Below are positions 1 through 9,251 of a stretch of DNA of 64,000 bases, piece by piece. The notes below the pieces were generated by a model that saw only the letters and a program-made list of their open reading frames with translations, searched no databases and was not told the DNA's origin. Every line of letters begins with the position of its first letter. Position 1 is the first letter of the stretch. The stretch is from an uncultured candidate division Zixibacteria bacterium. Lineage in GTDB: Bacteria > Zixibacteria > MSB-5A5 > GN15 > FEB-12. The position numbers and the translations under genes are program-made. The stretch spans positions 352,001-416,000 of the forward strand of contig CAWDXE010000007.1 in NCBI GenBank assembly GCA_963806185.1. The letters are read 5' to 3'.

Positions 1-661
1 CGATCACCATCAGCGTGCCCAGCGACGACTGGTGCAGGCACGAGAGCACGACGCCGGCGATGATGAAGATGAAGATGAACCGGCTGAGAAACGTCTCGGC
101 CAGCCCGCAGCATAGACTCGGACGATACCGGTTGAAATGCGCAGCGGACCCCGGACCAGTTCGACGCGCCCTTTGAATCGTTCGACCACGATCGGCAGGA
201 ACTCGATGTAGAGCACGGTCAGGTAGACCATCACGCACATGCCGACTTCGAACAGCACCGAATTGCCCTGCCACATGCTGGGAAGCATCGGGTGCCAGAC
301 GTTGTAGTAGCGACCCAGATCGGCCAGCAAGCCCGATGACGACGAAGGTGTAGCCCAGCATGGCGGTCAGCAGCGCCGGGCGCGTGATGACGTGATATCG
401 TTCTTGTGGAAGATGTCGACCAGCGCAGCGGTGGTGAAACCGCCTGCGGCGAGCGCGACACCCGACGGCGACATCGACGGCGATCCAGATGCCCCACGGC
501 CACTGGTCATCGAGGTTGGTCGCCGCCTCCAGCCCGAATACGAGCCGGTAGAGATAGCCGAGTATCCCCAGTCCGGCGATGATCGACACGATGATCGTCC
601 CCTTGGTGAAGAAGGGCGTACTCATCGGCGTCGGTACTTCGTGATGTGCCTGCGACGTCAT
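1..661 (-). CDS. hybB: NrfD/PsrC-family membrane anchor (HybB/HmcC-like cytochrome b subunit); 3' partial, several frameshifts
   Basis: Reading across frames from ATG 661: MTSQAHHEV...LVFGLEAATNLDDQWPWGIWIAVDVASGVALAAGGFTTAALV...RPALLTAMLGY...LADLGRYYNVWHP...SVLFEVGMCVMVYLTVLYIEF, typical of HybB/HmcC. Indels near 466, 400 and 330; runs off the window start. Confidence 0.8.
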   Translation of the reverse strand, partial: MTSQAHHEVPTPMSTPFFTKGTIIVSIIAGLGILGYLYRLVFGLEAATNLDDQWPWGIWIAVDVAVGCRARRRRFHHRCAGRHLPQERYHVITRPALLTAMLGYTFVVIGLAGRSGSLLQRLAPDASQHVAGQFGAVRSRHVRDGLPDRALHRVPADRGRTIQRARRTGPGSAAHFNRYRPSLCCGLAETFLSRFIFIFIIAGVVLSCLHQSSLGTLMVI

Positions 662-1571
662 TCGTCACCCTCCTGCTTGTCTTTGCCTTCACGCTGGGTG
701 TACATGATCAGCCCAAGTAAGCCATACAGCGCCAGCGGCGGGACGAATGACTTGAAGATGCCGTGCTGAATCGGCTCGGTGATGTCCGGCGGGACGAGGT
801 CAGCCGCCAGTTTTGGGAGTTCCGTGTATTTAAAGTCGGCGGGGGCCAGGTACATCCAGCTTGTGCCGCCGGCTTCGGTCTCACCGTAGATGTGATCGAA
901 ATATTTCTCGGGTGAGTTGAGGATACGACTGCGCGCCGATCTCGATGAGCGCTTCGCGCGTGCCGAAAGTCAACGCTTCGTTCGGACAGATTGACACACA
1001 GGCCGGCTTCTGATTCTCCTGTGTCACTCGCTCGAAGCAGAAAGTACACTTCATGACCTTCGGGTCGAGCGCGTTATCGTACTCGATACGCCGGAATCTG
1101 GAACGGGCAGGCCACCATGCAATACCGGCAGCCGATGCACTTCCACGCGTCGTACGTAACCGGGCCCTGCGGCTCTTTGCGCAGTGCCCCGACGATACAG
1201 GCGGAGACGCAGGCCGGACGGTTGCAGTGCATGCACTGTACCTTCATCGCGTATTTTTTATCGGGGATGGCCGGATCGGCAAACTGATTGACCACGGTGA
1301 AGGCGTCGCGGTCCGGACGGCGGTGTTTGTTGTATACCGTCTTGTCCTCGAATTCCGCCGGAGGACGAACGGGGAGTTTGTTTTGCAGGTTGCAGGCCAG
1401 TTCGCATTTGCGACAGCCGATGCAGACCACCGTATCAACCAGCACACCGATCGTATGGCTGCAGTCGATCGTATGGCCGGGATCCGTGTCCGAAGCAAGC
1501 ACTTTACTCGCGACCAGCGTGGCCGAGCCTGCCGCCGCCAGTTTGAAAAAGTCTCGTCGATTCACACCCAT
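658..1571 (-). CDS. hybA: Tat-exported 4Fe-4S dicluster protein (HybA/HmcB-like); two +1 frameshifts
   Basis: [10 protein letters not shown] twin-arginine signal; [35 protein letters not shown]. After a shift near 1085: KCTFCFER...PACVSICP. After a shift near 936: [16 protein letters not shown] and a C-terminal TM (ORF 658..855). Confidence 0.85.
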
Positions 1572-1621
1572 CTGTACCACCTTTGCCACCAAGACTTAAT
1601 TAGTCTTAGTTTCGGCAAATT

Positions 1622-1639
1622 CTGTGAAAAAATTCACAA
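1622..1639. promoter_or_regulatory. Rex-type operator (proximal)
   Basis: CTGTGAA-AAAA-TTCACAA, one mismatch to the Rex consensus TTGTGAA-N4-TTCACAA, about 50 bp upstream of the hybA start. Confidence 0.65.
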
Positions 1640-1875
1640 AATTTGTCGTGATTCCGCTTTGTGGAGATAAACTACCATAATTGTCTTGGGGTGTCAAGAG
1701 AATAACGACGATTTTCGATCTGAATCGGATTTCATCCCGACATTCTGTCTAATATATTGTATACCAATATAGTACAGTGAATGTCGCGCATCCTCCGGTG
1801 ACGTCATTTTCAACCTAAAGGGGCCCGAAAGTGAGTGGATTTCTGGCCTACTGCCGTAGCTCCGGGAATTGTCAA

Positions 1876-1893
1876 TTGTGCAGAAATTCACCA
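1876..1893. promoter_or_regulatory. Rex-type operator (distal)
   Basis: TTGTGCA-GAAA-TTCACCA, two mismatches to the Rex consensus, same intergenic region. Confidence 0.5.
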
Positions 1894-1914
1894 AGATAGC
1901 ACCGAACTGTCCGG

Positions 1915-3105
1915 TTACGAGGAGCGGCGAACTTGACAAATATAGGACTTGAGGTATTCGGATTCCGGGAAATAGATCGATACCGGATGGTCAGCCGATT
2001 GACCGAGAGAGGCAAGCGTATGAAGCTGGACACCAGCCTGTTGGGAGGCCCGGCGAAGCGTGATCAATAAATCTTCGCGTTTGAAATGCTGAGAGCAGCT
2101 CGACGTGACCAGAAGGCCTCTGTCGCGCACCAGCCGGAGGGCCGCCCGGTTCAGGAAGTGGTAGGCCTTGCGCCCTGAGAAGAGATCCTTGGCCGTCTTG
2201 ATCAATGCCGGGGGATCGAGAATAACCATGTCGAATTCCGGCTGGTCGTGAGCGCCAAGCCAGGCGAATACGTCAGCCGCTTCAACACTCAGCCGACCTT
2301 CATCGATACCGTTTAGTCTTGCCTGACGGTGGCACAGTTCCAGGGCTGGCGCGGACGAGTCGACATTGAGGACGGACGTCGCTCCGCCCATGATCGCGGA
2401 GATGGAGGCCGAACCGGAGTAGGAGAAAAGATTGAGGACGCGCATGCCGTTGGCCAGGCGGCCGATCGCCAGACGCAGGTCTTTCTGATCGAGGAAGAAG
2501 CCGGTTTTCTGACCCTTCAACGGATCGGCAATGAAGCGCAACGAATGTTCGAGGAATTCAACCGGACCCGGATCAGCGCCGAAACGGACAGCCACCACCT
2601 GCTCGATTAGCTCGTCGTGACGGCTGGTGAGATCACTCCGCTCGACGATGGCACGGGGTTGGAATACTTCAAGCAACGCGGCCAGAATCTCCTCCCGCAA
2701 TCGGTCGAGGCCGGCCGTACCGCATTGCATGACCAGGACATCGCTGTATCGATCGACTACCAGCCCGGGAATATTGTCTGACTCGCCGAAGGCAACCCGA
2801 TAACCGGTGGTGCCGGTACCAGGCGCAAAACCGTTCAGTCGGCGCCGAGCGTCGGCCTCGCGCAGGCGATCAGCGAACCAGTGGCGGTCGAGCGTGACGT
2901 CGTTCCGGTCGAAAAGTCGGACAGCGATGGAGGAATGGGCGGCGTAAGTGCCAACACCGAGGTGCTGGCCATCGGACGAACAGACCGAAACGACCGAACC
3001 GTGCGCCATCTCCTTGGAGACGGGCTGGAGGGCGCCTGAGAATATCCAGGGGTGGCCGAGCTGGATGGAGATATCCTTGCCGGGGCGGAGGGTGACAATG
3101 GGCAC
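1915..3105 (-). CDS. rlmI: Class I SAM-dependent rRNA methyltransferase with PUA domain (RlmI-like)
   Basis: GHPWIFSG, ESDNIPGLVVDRY, GQKTGFFLDQ, VLNLFSYSG, DMVILDPP, TSSCS, SEYLK motifs. Start set to GTG 3105 because the ORF-track extension overlaps the tRNA. Confidence 0.85.
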   Translation of the reverse strand: MPIVTLRPGKDISIQLGHPWIFSGALQPVSKEMAHGSVVSVCSSDGQHLGVGTYAAHSSIAVRLFDRNDVTLDRHWFADRLREADARRRLNGFAPGTGTTGYRVAFGESDNIPGLVVDRYSDVLVMQCGTAGLDRLREEILAALLEVFQPRAIVERSDLTSRHDELIEQVVAVRFGADPGPVEFLEHSLRFIADPLKGQKTGFFLDQKDLRLAIGRLANGMRVLNLFSYSGSASISAIMGGATSVLNVDSSAPALELCHRQARLNGIDEGRLSVEAADVFAWLGAHDQPEFDMVILDPPALIKTAKDLFSGRKAYHFLNRAALRLVRDRGLLVTSSCSQHFKREDLLITLRRASQQAGVQLHTLASLGQSADHPVSIYFPESEYLKSYICQVRRSS

Positions 3106-3172
3106 CGGTGAGTCGGGGGTTGAATGTTGAACCGCGGATGGGATTTGAGTCCACAAGGCTCCAGGTGAAATA

Positions 3173-3246
3173 TCGGGGTGAGAGGATTTGAACCTCCGAC
3201 ATCTTGCTCCCAAAGCAAGCGCGCTACCAGGCTGCGCCACACCCCG
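3173..3246 (-). tRNA. tRNA-Pro (anticodon UGG), CCA not encoded
   Basis: Reverse complement CGGGGTGTGGCGCAGCCTGGTAGCGCGCTTGCTTTGGGAGCAAGATGTCGGAGGTTCAAATCCTCTCACCCCGA; acceptor stem, D arm, CTTGC/GCAAG anticodon stem with TGG, GGTTCAAATCC T arm. Confidence 0.97.
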
Positions 3247-3348
3247 ATTTACGGGGGGTATAATAGACTGCCTGGAACGATAAGTCAAGTTTGGGGGTTT
3301 AAGGCAGGATCGGTAAGCCTTGATTTCACAGGATTTTAGGTTAAATTC

Positions 3349-4389
3349 ATGGCCATGATGCGGGAAAATCTACTCGGCTACAGTGTCAAGCAGTTGGAGC
3401 AAGCCATGATTGTTCTCGGCGAACCTCCCTACAAAGGTCGCCAGGTATTCAAGTGGCTGTATAACACCCGTCAGTACGATTTTGACCTGATGACGAATCT
3501 CTCCAAAGAGCTCCGCACCCGTCTGGCGGAGAAATACACTTTCGATATGCTCAAGCTGACCAAAACTGCCAAATCGAAAGACGGAACCGAGAAGTACCTG
3601 TTTACGCTGCCGGACGGCCATCCGGTCGAGAGCGTGCTGATCCCGGACGAAGAACGAAAGACGCTCTGCATTTCATCACAGTCCGGCTGCGCCTTGGCCT
3701 GCAGCTTCTGTGCCACCGGAACGATGGGACTGCTGCGCAATCTGACCGTTGGTGAGATTATCGGTCAGCTCCTGTTTGTTCGCGAGAAGTACGGGGCGGA
3801 GGCGTACTCCAATATCGTCTTCATGGGAATGGGCGAGCCGCTGCACAATTTCGGCGCGATGGTTGACGCTATACGAATCATGAGCGATCCGATGGGGATG
3901 AAGATTTCCGCGAAGAAGATCACGGTTTCGACTTCGGGGATTACGCCGAAAATCGTCAAGCTTGCCGACACCGGCCTGAAAGCGAAACTGGCACTGTCTC
4001 TGCACGCGGCGACCCAGGAGAAGCGGGTGAAAATCATGCCGGTGGCCGAGACGTTTCACCTCGACAAGTTGATGGAGGCCGTTCGATACTATGCGGAGGC
4101 GACCGGGCAGCGCGTGACGTTTGAGTATATCCTCTTTGCCGGGTTCAATGACACGATGGACGACGTCAGAGCGCTGGCGAGGCTGATTCACGGTATTCCG
4201 TGCAAGATAAATATCCTCGCCTACAACCCGGTTCCGGGATTGCCCTACACGCGTCCCACCGACGACAAGGTAAATTGGTTTGGCGAGCAGTTGATGCCGC
4301 GCACGCCGGCAGTGACGGTGCGGCAGAGTCGGGGGCGTGATATCGACGCCGCCTGCGGACAATTGGCAGCAAAAGCACTTCACAGATAG
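3349..4389 (+). CDS. rlmN: 23S rRNA (adenine2503-C2)-methyltransferase, radical SAM
   Basis: CISSQSGCALACSFCATG, FMGMGEP, SLHA, EYIL, DIDAACGQL. Confidence 0.95.
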   Translation: MAMMRENLLGYSVKQLEQAMIVLGEPPYKGRQVFKWLYNTRQYDFDLMTNLSKELRTRLAEKYTFDMLKLTKTAKSKDGTEKYLFTLPDGHPVESVLIPDEERKTLCISSQSGCALACSFCATGTMGLLRNLTVGEIIGQLLFVREKYGAEAYSNIVFMGMGEPLHNFGAMVDAIRIMSDPMGMKISAKKITVSTSGITPKIVKLADTGLKAKLALSLHAATQEKRVKIMPVAETFHLDKLMEAVRYYAEATGQRVTFEYILFAGFNDTMDDVRALARLIHGIPCKINILAYNPVPGLPYTRPTDDKVNWFGEQLMPRTPAVTVRQSRGRDIDAACGQLAAKALHR

Positions 4390-4400
4390 AAGGAGTCAGC

Positions 4401-5807
4401 ATGAAGGGCAAGATAGCGGGGATCGTTGGAACAGTCATGATCCTCTGGTCGGTCGCTGCATTCGCAGCGGATCCGTCGGAAATTACCGTCAGTGAAATCA
4501 AATTACCCGACCTGAACTGGGGCCTTCGTACGGCGAGTTTCGAGGTGACCAACAACACCGATTGGGTGAAGTTCCTGACGGTGGAGACGGAAGTCACGTT
4601 TACCGGTCATTATCTTAATCCGCGGCGCTACTCGCGGACCAATTATCCGCTGGAACCGCAGTTCACCAAGACACTGAATCCGGTGATCGATATCCCCGCC
4701 AATTTTGGCGAGGCGAAGCTGTATATTCGCATTTATGACATGGTCGACACGCTGGACGCGCTCAGCAGCGGCACCATGTTGTTTGAACAGCCCTTCACCC
4801 TCCAATTCCACCTTCCTTCAGGTATCTCGACCTACCTGGAGAACAAGATCAGTGTGCCGCCGCTGGCCGGAAACAGCCACATGTGGGACAACGAATTCAG
4901 CCGGGTGCTGGCGCTGCTTTTGAGGCGTCAGTTGACGGTACCGCAAATCGCTAAGATGGCGGAATGCGACTCCGCCCTTGTGGCCCGGATGGTGCAGCAG
5001 ATGACGGATTTGGGTTACATCATCAAGAGCGACAGCGGCTATCTGTTCAATTTCCCGATCATCTCGGCAGATGAAGCCGAGGAAGGTCGCTTGCTGGCCG
5101 ACAAGATTGCGAAGCGATTGGACGAGACCGTGACCGCAAATCTGAAGGCTTATCCGATGGTGCTCGACTCACTGCGCACCGCAGGCTCGATCGCCAAGGA
5201 CAGTAACGATTTTATGGGCGGCACGGCGGTCGCCTATTACCAGTATCCGGCAGTTGGTGGACTGGTATTGTGGTATACGCTGGGTCAACGGTTCATCACG
5301 CAGGGTGTTCCGATGGCAATCTACGCCGGGTCGGATCCCTGCAATGCCGCAACCCGTTTCTACATGTATCTCACCGAAGGGGGAGATCTGGTCAACGGTC
5401 ACCAGTACTTTTCGGTCGATCCGTCGGGGTATAAACTCGGTTTCTTCTTCGGAGATACGTATCCTAAATTCAATTGCGATAACGCGGTTGACGCGCCGGG
5501 TCAGCCACTCAAGCAGGGTGCGGGCTGGTCGTATGACAAGGAAATGATCCCGGAGATATTCGTTATCGACACCGCAGCTATCGCACCGGCCTATCGTGCG
5601 CTGCTTCGCAATACCGATCCCATCATGACCGACGCATTGAATGACCTGAAGACGATTGTCGACAAGTACGGGCACACCAAGAACACCCTGGGTATCCGGT
5701 ACTGGTTCTGGAATATGTGCGCCAGCAAGACGCTTGATCGGATGGTCAAGGAGGGGACGCTGGCGCGGCGAGGCAACGGGCAGTATAAGTTCTCGAGCAA
5801 CAAATGA
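4401..5807 (+). CDS. Hypothetical exported protein
   Basis: 468 aa, AAGGAG RBS, Sec signal peptide ending VAAFA/A; internal winged-helix-like segment. Confidence 0.75.
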   Translation: MKGKIAGIVGTVMILWSVAAFAADPSEITVSEIKLPDLNWGLRTASFEVTNNTDWVKFLTVETEVTFTGHYLNPRRYSRTNYPLEPQFTKTLNPVIDIPANFGEAKLYIRIYDMVDTLDALSSGTMLFEQPFTLQFHLPSGISTYLENKISVPPLAGNSHMWDNEFSRVLALLLRRQLTVPQIAKMAECDSALVARMVQQMTDLGYIIKSDSGYLFNFPIISADEAEEGRLLADKIAKRLDETVTANLKAYPMVLDSLRTAGSIAKDSNDFMGGTAVAYYQYPAVGGLVLWYTLGQRFITQGVPMAIYAGSDPCNAATRFYMYLTEGGDLVNGHQYFSVDPSGYKLGFFFGDTYPKFNCDNAVDAPGQPLKQGAGWSYDKEMIPEIFVIDTAAIAPAYRALLRNTDPIMTDALNDLKTIVDKYGHTKNTLGIRYWFWNMCASKTLDRMVKEGTLARRGNGQYKFSSNK

Positions 5808-6241
5808 AGGCACACAGAATCATTTTCGCAGGCGTCTTTGGATTGCTGGTCCTTGTATCGATGAGCTGCCGGCAGACCAGTCCTCCGCGCGACCAGATTC
5901 CGGCGCTGCGGGAGCGCCTCGCCAAAGTGCAGGAAGTCATCAAGGGTCGCAATCCGGCACAGGTGGATTCGCTCTTTTCGTCGCAAATTCGCCGGGAAGC
6001 GGGCATCATGGACTCGCTCTACCTGTTCGTCTACGGGGCAGATCTGCGGTTTCCGTTTTACCGGTTCGCGGACTATCAAATTGTCTACAACCAGGAGAAG
6101 GCGCGCATCGACTGCCTGCTCTCCGACAGTCTGGGCGAGCAGACCAGGCCGGTGACTCTGACTTTCGTTCTGGAAGGGAAGCGCTGGCAACTCAAACGCT
6201 GGGAGCCACGCGCAGACTCGATCAGCACCAGCACCGAGTAA
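5804..6241 (+). CDS. Hypothetical lipoprotein
   Basis: Hydrophobic N-terminus ending LVSMS-C (lipobox-like); ATGA overlap with the upstream gene. Confidence 0.7.
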   Translation: MKAHRIIFAGVFGLLVLVSMSCRQTSPPRDQIPALRERLAKVQEVIKGRNPAQVDSLFSSQIRREAGIMDSLYLFVYGADLRFPFYRFADYQIVYNQEKARIDCLLSDSLGEQTRPVTLTFVLEGKRWQLKRWEPRADSISTSTE

Positions 6242-6246
6242 ATAGA

Positions 6247-6277
6247 AAAGAGCGCTCCGTGTCCGGGGCGCTCTCTT
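6247..6277. terminator. Hairpin terminator between convergent genes
   Basis: AGAGCGCTCC-gtgtcc-GGGGCGCTCT stem with an A-run on the 5' side. Confidence 0.6.
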
Positions 6278-6298
6278 ACTATCCAATTACATTTTGTA

Positions 6299-8113
6299 TC
6301 AGCCCTGCTTCTTTGGCTGGCCCTCACCAGTGATCAGACGGCCGTATTCCTTCGGTGACGAGAGAATCTTGACTGCCTGAGTGACGGCATTGTCGGTTTT
6401 GAGAATCACGTTCTCATACACCGCCCGTTCGCCTCCCATCGAGGCGAGAATCTCGCGCTGAATAGCCTTCTTGATGTACGGGATCGACCGGTCGAAATCG
6501 CGATCCTTTTCAACAGCTATTTCCGCTTCGAGTGTCTTAATGGTGCCCTCAAAGGCGGTCTCGGCATTCTCGTCCTTCACCGTCTTCTTCAGATCGTCCG
6601 CCGCTGCCTCAAGTTCGGTCTTATAGTCGAACTTCTTGCTCTTGATAAACTGACGGAACTCGCTCACCATGGCGTCCGAGACCTCCATGTCCGGCTTCAC
6701 GTCGGGATGCTTCGCGACGTAGTCGATGGCAAAGTCGAAGAAGAGGGATTGACGATACAGGTTGATCTCAATCGTCTTCCACGTTTCGCGATCGATGCTG
6801 ATATCGGGTACAATACCCCCACCGCCGTAGACCATACGGCCGCCGTTGGTGTAAAATACCTCGCGGTCCTTTACCGACAGAGTATCCGCAGCGCTGTCGG
6901 CTTCCACATCAGCATGGACGGCGCCCGGTTTGTCTTTTCCCTGACGGTCGGGCTTCTGAATGCAGCGGCCGGAAGGTACGTAGTACTTGGCCGTGGTGAG
7001 CTTCAATGCCAGCGAACCGTCGTTGTTGATCGGGAATATCTGCTGTACCAGGCCCTTGCCGTAGGTCGTATTGCCGAGGATGATCCCTCGGTCCCAATCC
7101 TGAATGGCGCCGGCGACGATCTCCGAGGCGGAAGCCGTGCCCTCGTCGACCAGGATCACCAGCGGCTTCTCCGGGAAGAGCGGCGGACGTTCGGAGCGGT
7201 AGTGACGTTCCGTCTGCTGATCGCGTCCGCGCGTATAGACAATTTCATTCCCCTGATTGAGGAAGAGCTCGGCAGTTTCTTTGGCTTGATCAAGCAGCCC
7301 GCCGCCGTTGGAGCGAAGGTCAAAGATGAGGCCGGTGATATTCTGTTCGTTCAGCTTGCCGATGGCCTCGCGCAATTCCGCGGAGGTTTCCTCGGCGAAC
7401 CGGGAAAGACGAACATAACCGACAGTCGTCCCCGGAACGACGCCGGAGTAGTTGACCGATTTCAATTCGATGACGGCTCGCTCAACACGAAAATCGAGGG
7501 GCTCGGAAAGTCCGGCCCGCTTAATCTTCAGGTCTACCGAAGTGCCCGCCTCGCCGCGCATCAGCTTCGAGGCATCGGCGGAAGCCATACCGTCGGTCGA
7601 CTTGCCGTTGATTTCGAGAATCAGATCGCCGGCGCGCAACCCCTTGCGGTAGGCGGGCGTCCCTTCAATCGGGGAAATAATGAGGATGTGGTTGTCGCGT
7701 TCGTCGATCTGCATCCCCAGACCTTCGTACTTGCCATGTGTGCTTTCCATAAGCTGGTCATACGCCGTCCGCTCCATGAGCACGGAAAAACGGTCCAGTC
7801 CTGAAAGCATGCCATCGATGCCCGCCTTGACCAGTGTTTCCGGATCGACGTCTTCCATGTAACTCGAGCGGATTTCAAACGCGGTCTGGGTCAGTTTTCG
7901 GATGTTGCGCAGGAAGGTATCGTTGCGGTTTTCGCCGGGTGGGGTTTCAGGTTGTGCCGGGCGGTTCTCGTCCAGATTTATATGGACTGTATCGGCCCAT
8001 AGGACCGGTTCGCTCTTGCTCGAGGTTTGGGTCGCGTCACCGGGGCCGGCAAACCAAATCAAGGCCAGAGCGAAAACAGTGATGCCGAAGACTCGTACGC
8101 CGTAGCGCATCAT
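6299..8113 (-). CDS. ctpA: S41A C-terminal processing peptidase (CtpA/Prc) with PDZ domain
   Basis: EGLGM, PDZ, GYVRLSRF, DLRSNGGG, TASASEIVAG, TYGKGLVQ, TTAKYYVPSGRCIQ, GGGIVPD. Confidence 0.92.
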   Translation of the reverse strand: MMRYGVRVFGITVFALALIWFAGPGDATQTSSKSEPVLWADTVHINLDENRPAQPETPPGENRNDTFLRNIRKLTQTAFEIRSSYMEDVDPETLVKAGIDGMLSGLDRFSVLMERTAYDQLMESTHGKYEGLGMQIDERDNHILIISPIEGTPAYRKGLRAGDLILEINGKSTDGMASADASKLMRGEAGTSVDLKIKRAGLSEPLDFRVERAVIELKSVNYSGVVPGTTVGYVRLSRFAEETSAELREAIGKLNEQNITGLIFDLRSNGGGLLDQAKETAELFLNQGNEIVYTRGRDQQTERHYRSERPPLFPEKPLVILVDEGTASASEIVAGAIQDWDRGIILGNTTYGKGLVQQIFPINNDGSLALKLTTAKYYVPSGRCIQKPDRQGKDKPGAVHADVEADSAADTLSVKDREVFYTNGGRMVYGGGGIVPDISIDRETWKTIEINLYRQSLFFDFAIDYVAKHPDVKPDMEVSDAMVSEFRQFIKSKKFDYKTELEAAADDLKKTVKDENAETAFEGTIKTLEAEIAVEKDRDFDRSIPYIKKAIQREILASMGGERAVYENVILKTDNAVTQAVKILSSPKEYGRLITGEGQPKKQG

Positions 8114-8461
8114 GGACTAACCTCCGCGGGGCTATGATGTTACTGCAAATCTATCCAAATCAGGCGGTATGTCAAGCGAGACCCAAAAGGACAGCAATCT
8201 TCTAATCTTCGTACTCTTAAACACTTAGCGCGTCAATGGAGTTTCAGCCGGCGACGCACAAGTTGTGTGATTTTGTCCTAATTCTCACTCGAACTGTAAC
8301 TTATGTCACCCCGGCGAAAAAGCCACGTAACCTTTTCGCCGATCATTCGTCTCTATGACTATCGGCAAAACGAGAAAAGTTGTTAGCGGATAAGCAATTA
8401 ACGATGTTTCTTTGCGTTATGTTGTCCTCAATTCTGTCCAGTTCCTGCACAGGGTAAATCA

Positions 8462-9244
8462 ATGCATCGTTCTACCAATCCTCTGTGGCTCTCGCTCATT
8501 CTTCAAATCCTCATGCCGGGGCTCGGTCATGCCTACTGGAAGGAATACGCATTTGGCCTGTTCGTGTTTCTGGTAATGCTGCTTACCTCGGCAATTTTCT
8601 TCGTCTCGCTCCTGATCCCGCTGTCATCACTTGCGAAATTCGCGTTGCTCGGTCTGCCGCTGGTGTTCTATCTGTTCGCGTTTTTCGATTTGGCGAAAAG
8701 TGTGCGAATGCGTCGCAGTTCGATCAAGCATACAACCCGTATCGCGATCATCTGCCTGGTTGTGGGCCTGGTGTATCAAATTGCTTCGCCGAGCGCACCG
8801 GGCAATTTCATCATCAGAAATCATCCATCCGTGTCGCGAGTCGGAGGATCGCAATTGGCGCCCTTTCTCCGCTCGGAGGAATGGTTCTGGGTCAATCGGG
8901 CGGCGTATGCGGCCGACGTCTTCTTTCTGAACCGTCCGCTGCTGCACAAATTGCCGGAATTCACCGATTTGATCGCGTATCATGAGACCGATGGCGTAAC
9001 CCGGTACGGAATGGTGATGGGTGGTTTATCGGAGAGTATCGAGGTGAGTGCGGGGATTCTTTATTTGAACGGCTCGCCCATAAATGATTTGTTGCCAAAG
9101 GGACTGCTGCTGGCTCAGGACTGGCCGTTGACAACATCGGACGAGACCTCTATACTGGTCGCCACATTGAGCGCGGGCGCCATTGCCGCCTTTCAATCGG
9201 TCTCGCTGGCTGACATTGACGGTCAGGTGCATCGCCTGATGTGA
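8462..9244 (+). CDS. Membrane protein with degenerate signal peptidase I (S26)-like domain
   Basis: N-terminal 'PGLGHAY' multi-TM region, then GSQLAPFL..EEWFWVNRAAY..PEFTDLIAY..GMVMGGLSESIEVSAGILYLNG, which parallels the S26 boxes. Confidence 0.6.
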   Translation: MHRSTNPLWLSLILQILMPGLGHAYWKEYAFGLFVFLVMLLTSAIFFVSLLIPLSSLAKFALLGLPLVFYLFAFFDLAKSVRMRRSSIKHTTRIAIICLVVGLVYQIASPSAPGNFIIRNHPSVSRVGGSQLAPFLRSEEWFWVNRAAYAADVFFLNRPLLHKLPEFTDLIAYHETDGVTRYGMVMGGLSESIEVSAGILYLNGSPINDLLPKGLLLAQDWPLTTSDETSILVATLSAGAIAAFQSVSLADIDGQVHRLM

Positions 9245-9251
9245 AGACTCT

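Noticed and set aside
1694..1939. 81-aa minus-strand ORF in the hybA upstream region
   Set aside because: AT-rich regulatory DNA containing a Rex-like box; no protein features.
3173..3246. tRNA-Pro as an integration site
   Set aside because: No duplicated tRNA 3' end or integrase found in the window.
3106..3288. N-terminal extension of the rlmI-like ORF
   Set aside because: Overlaps tRNA-Pro and its promoter; true start is most likely GTG 3105.
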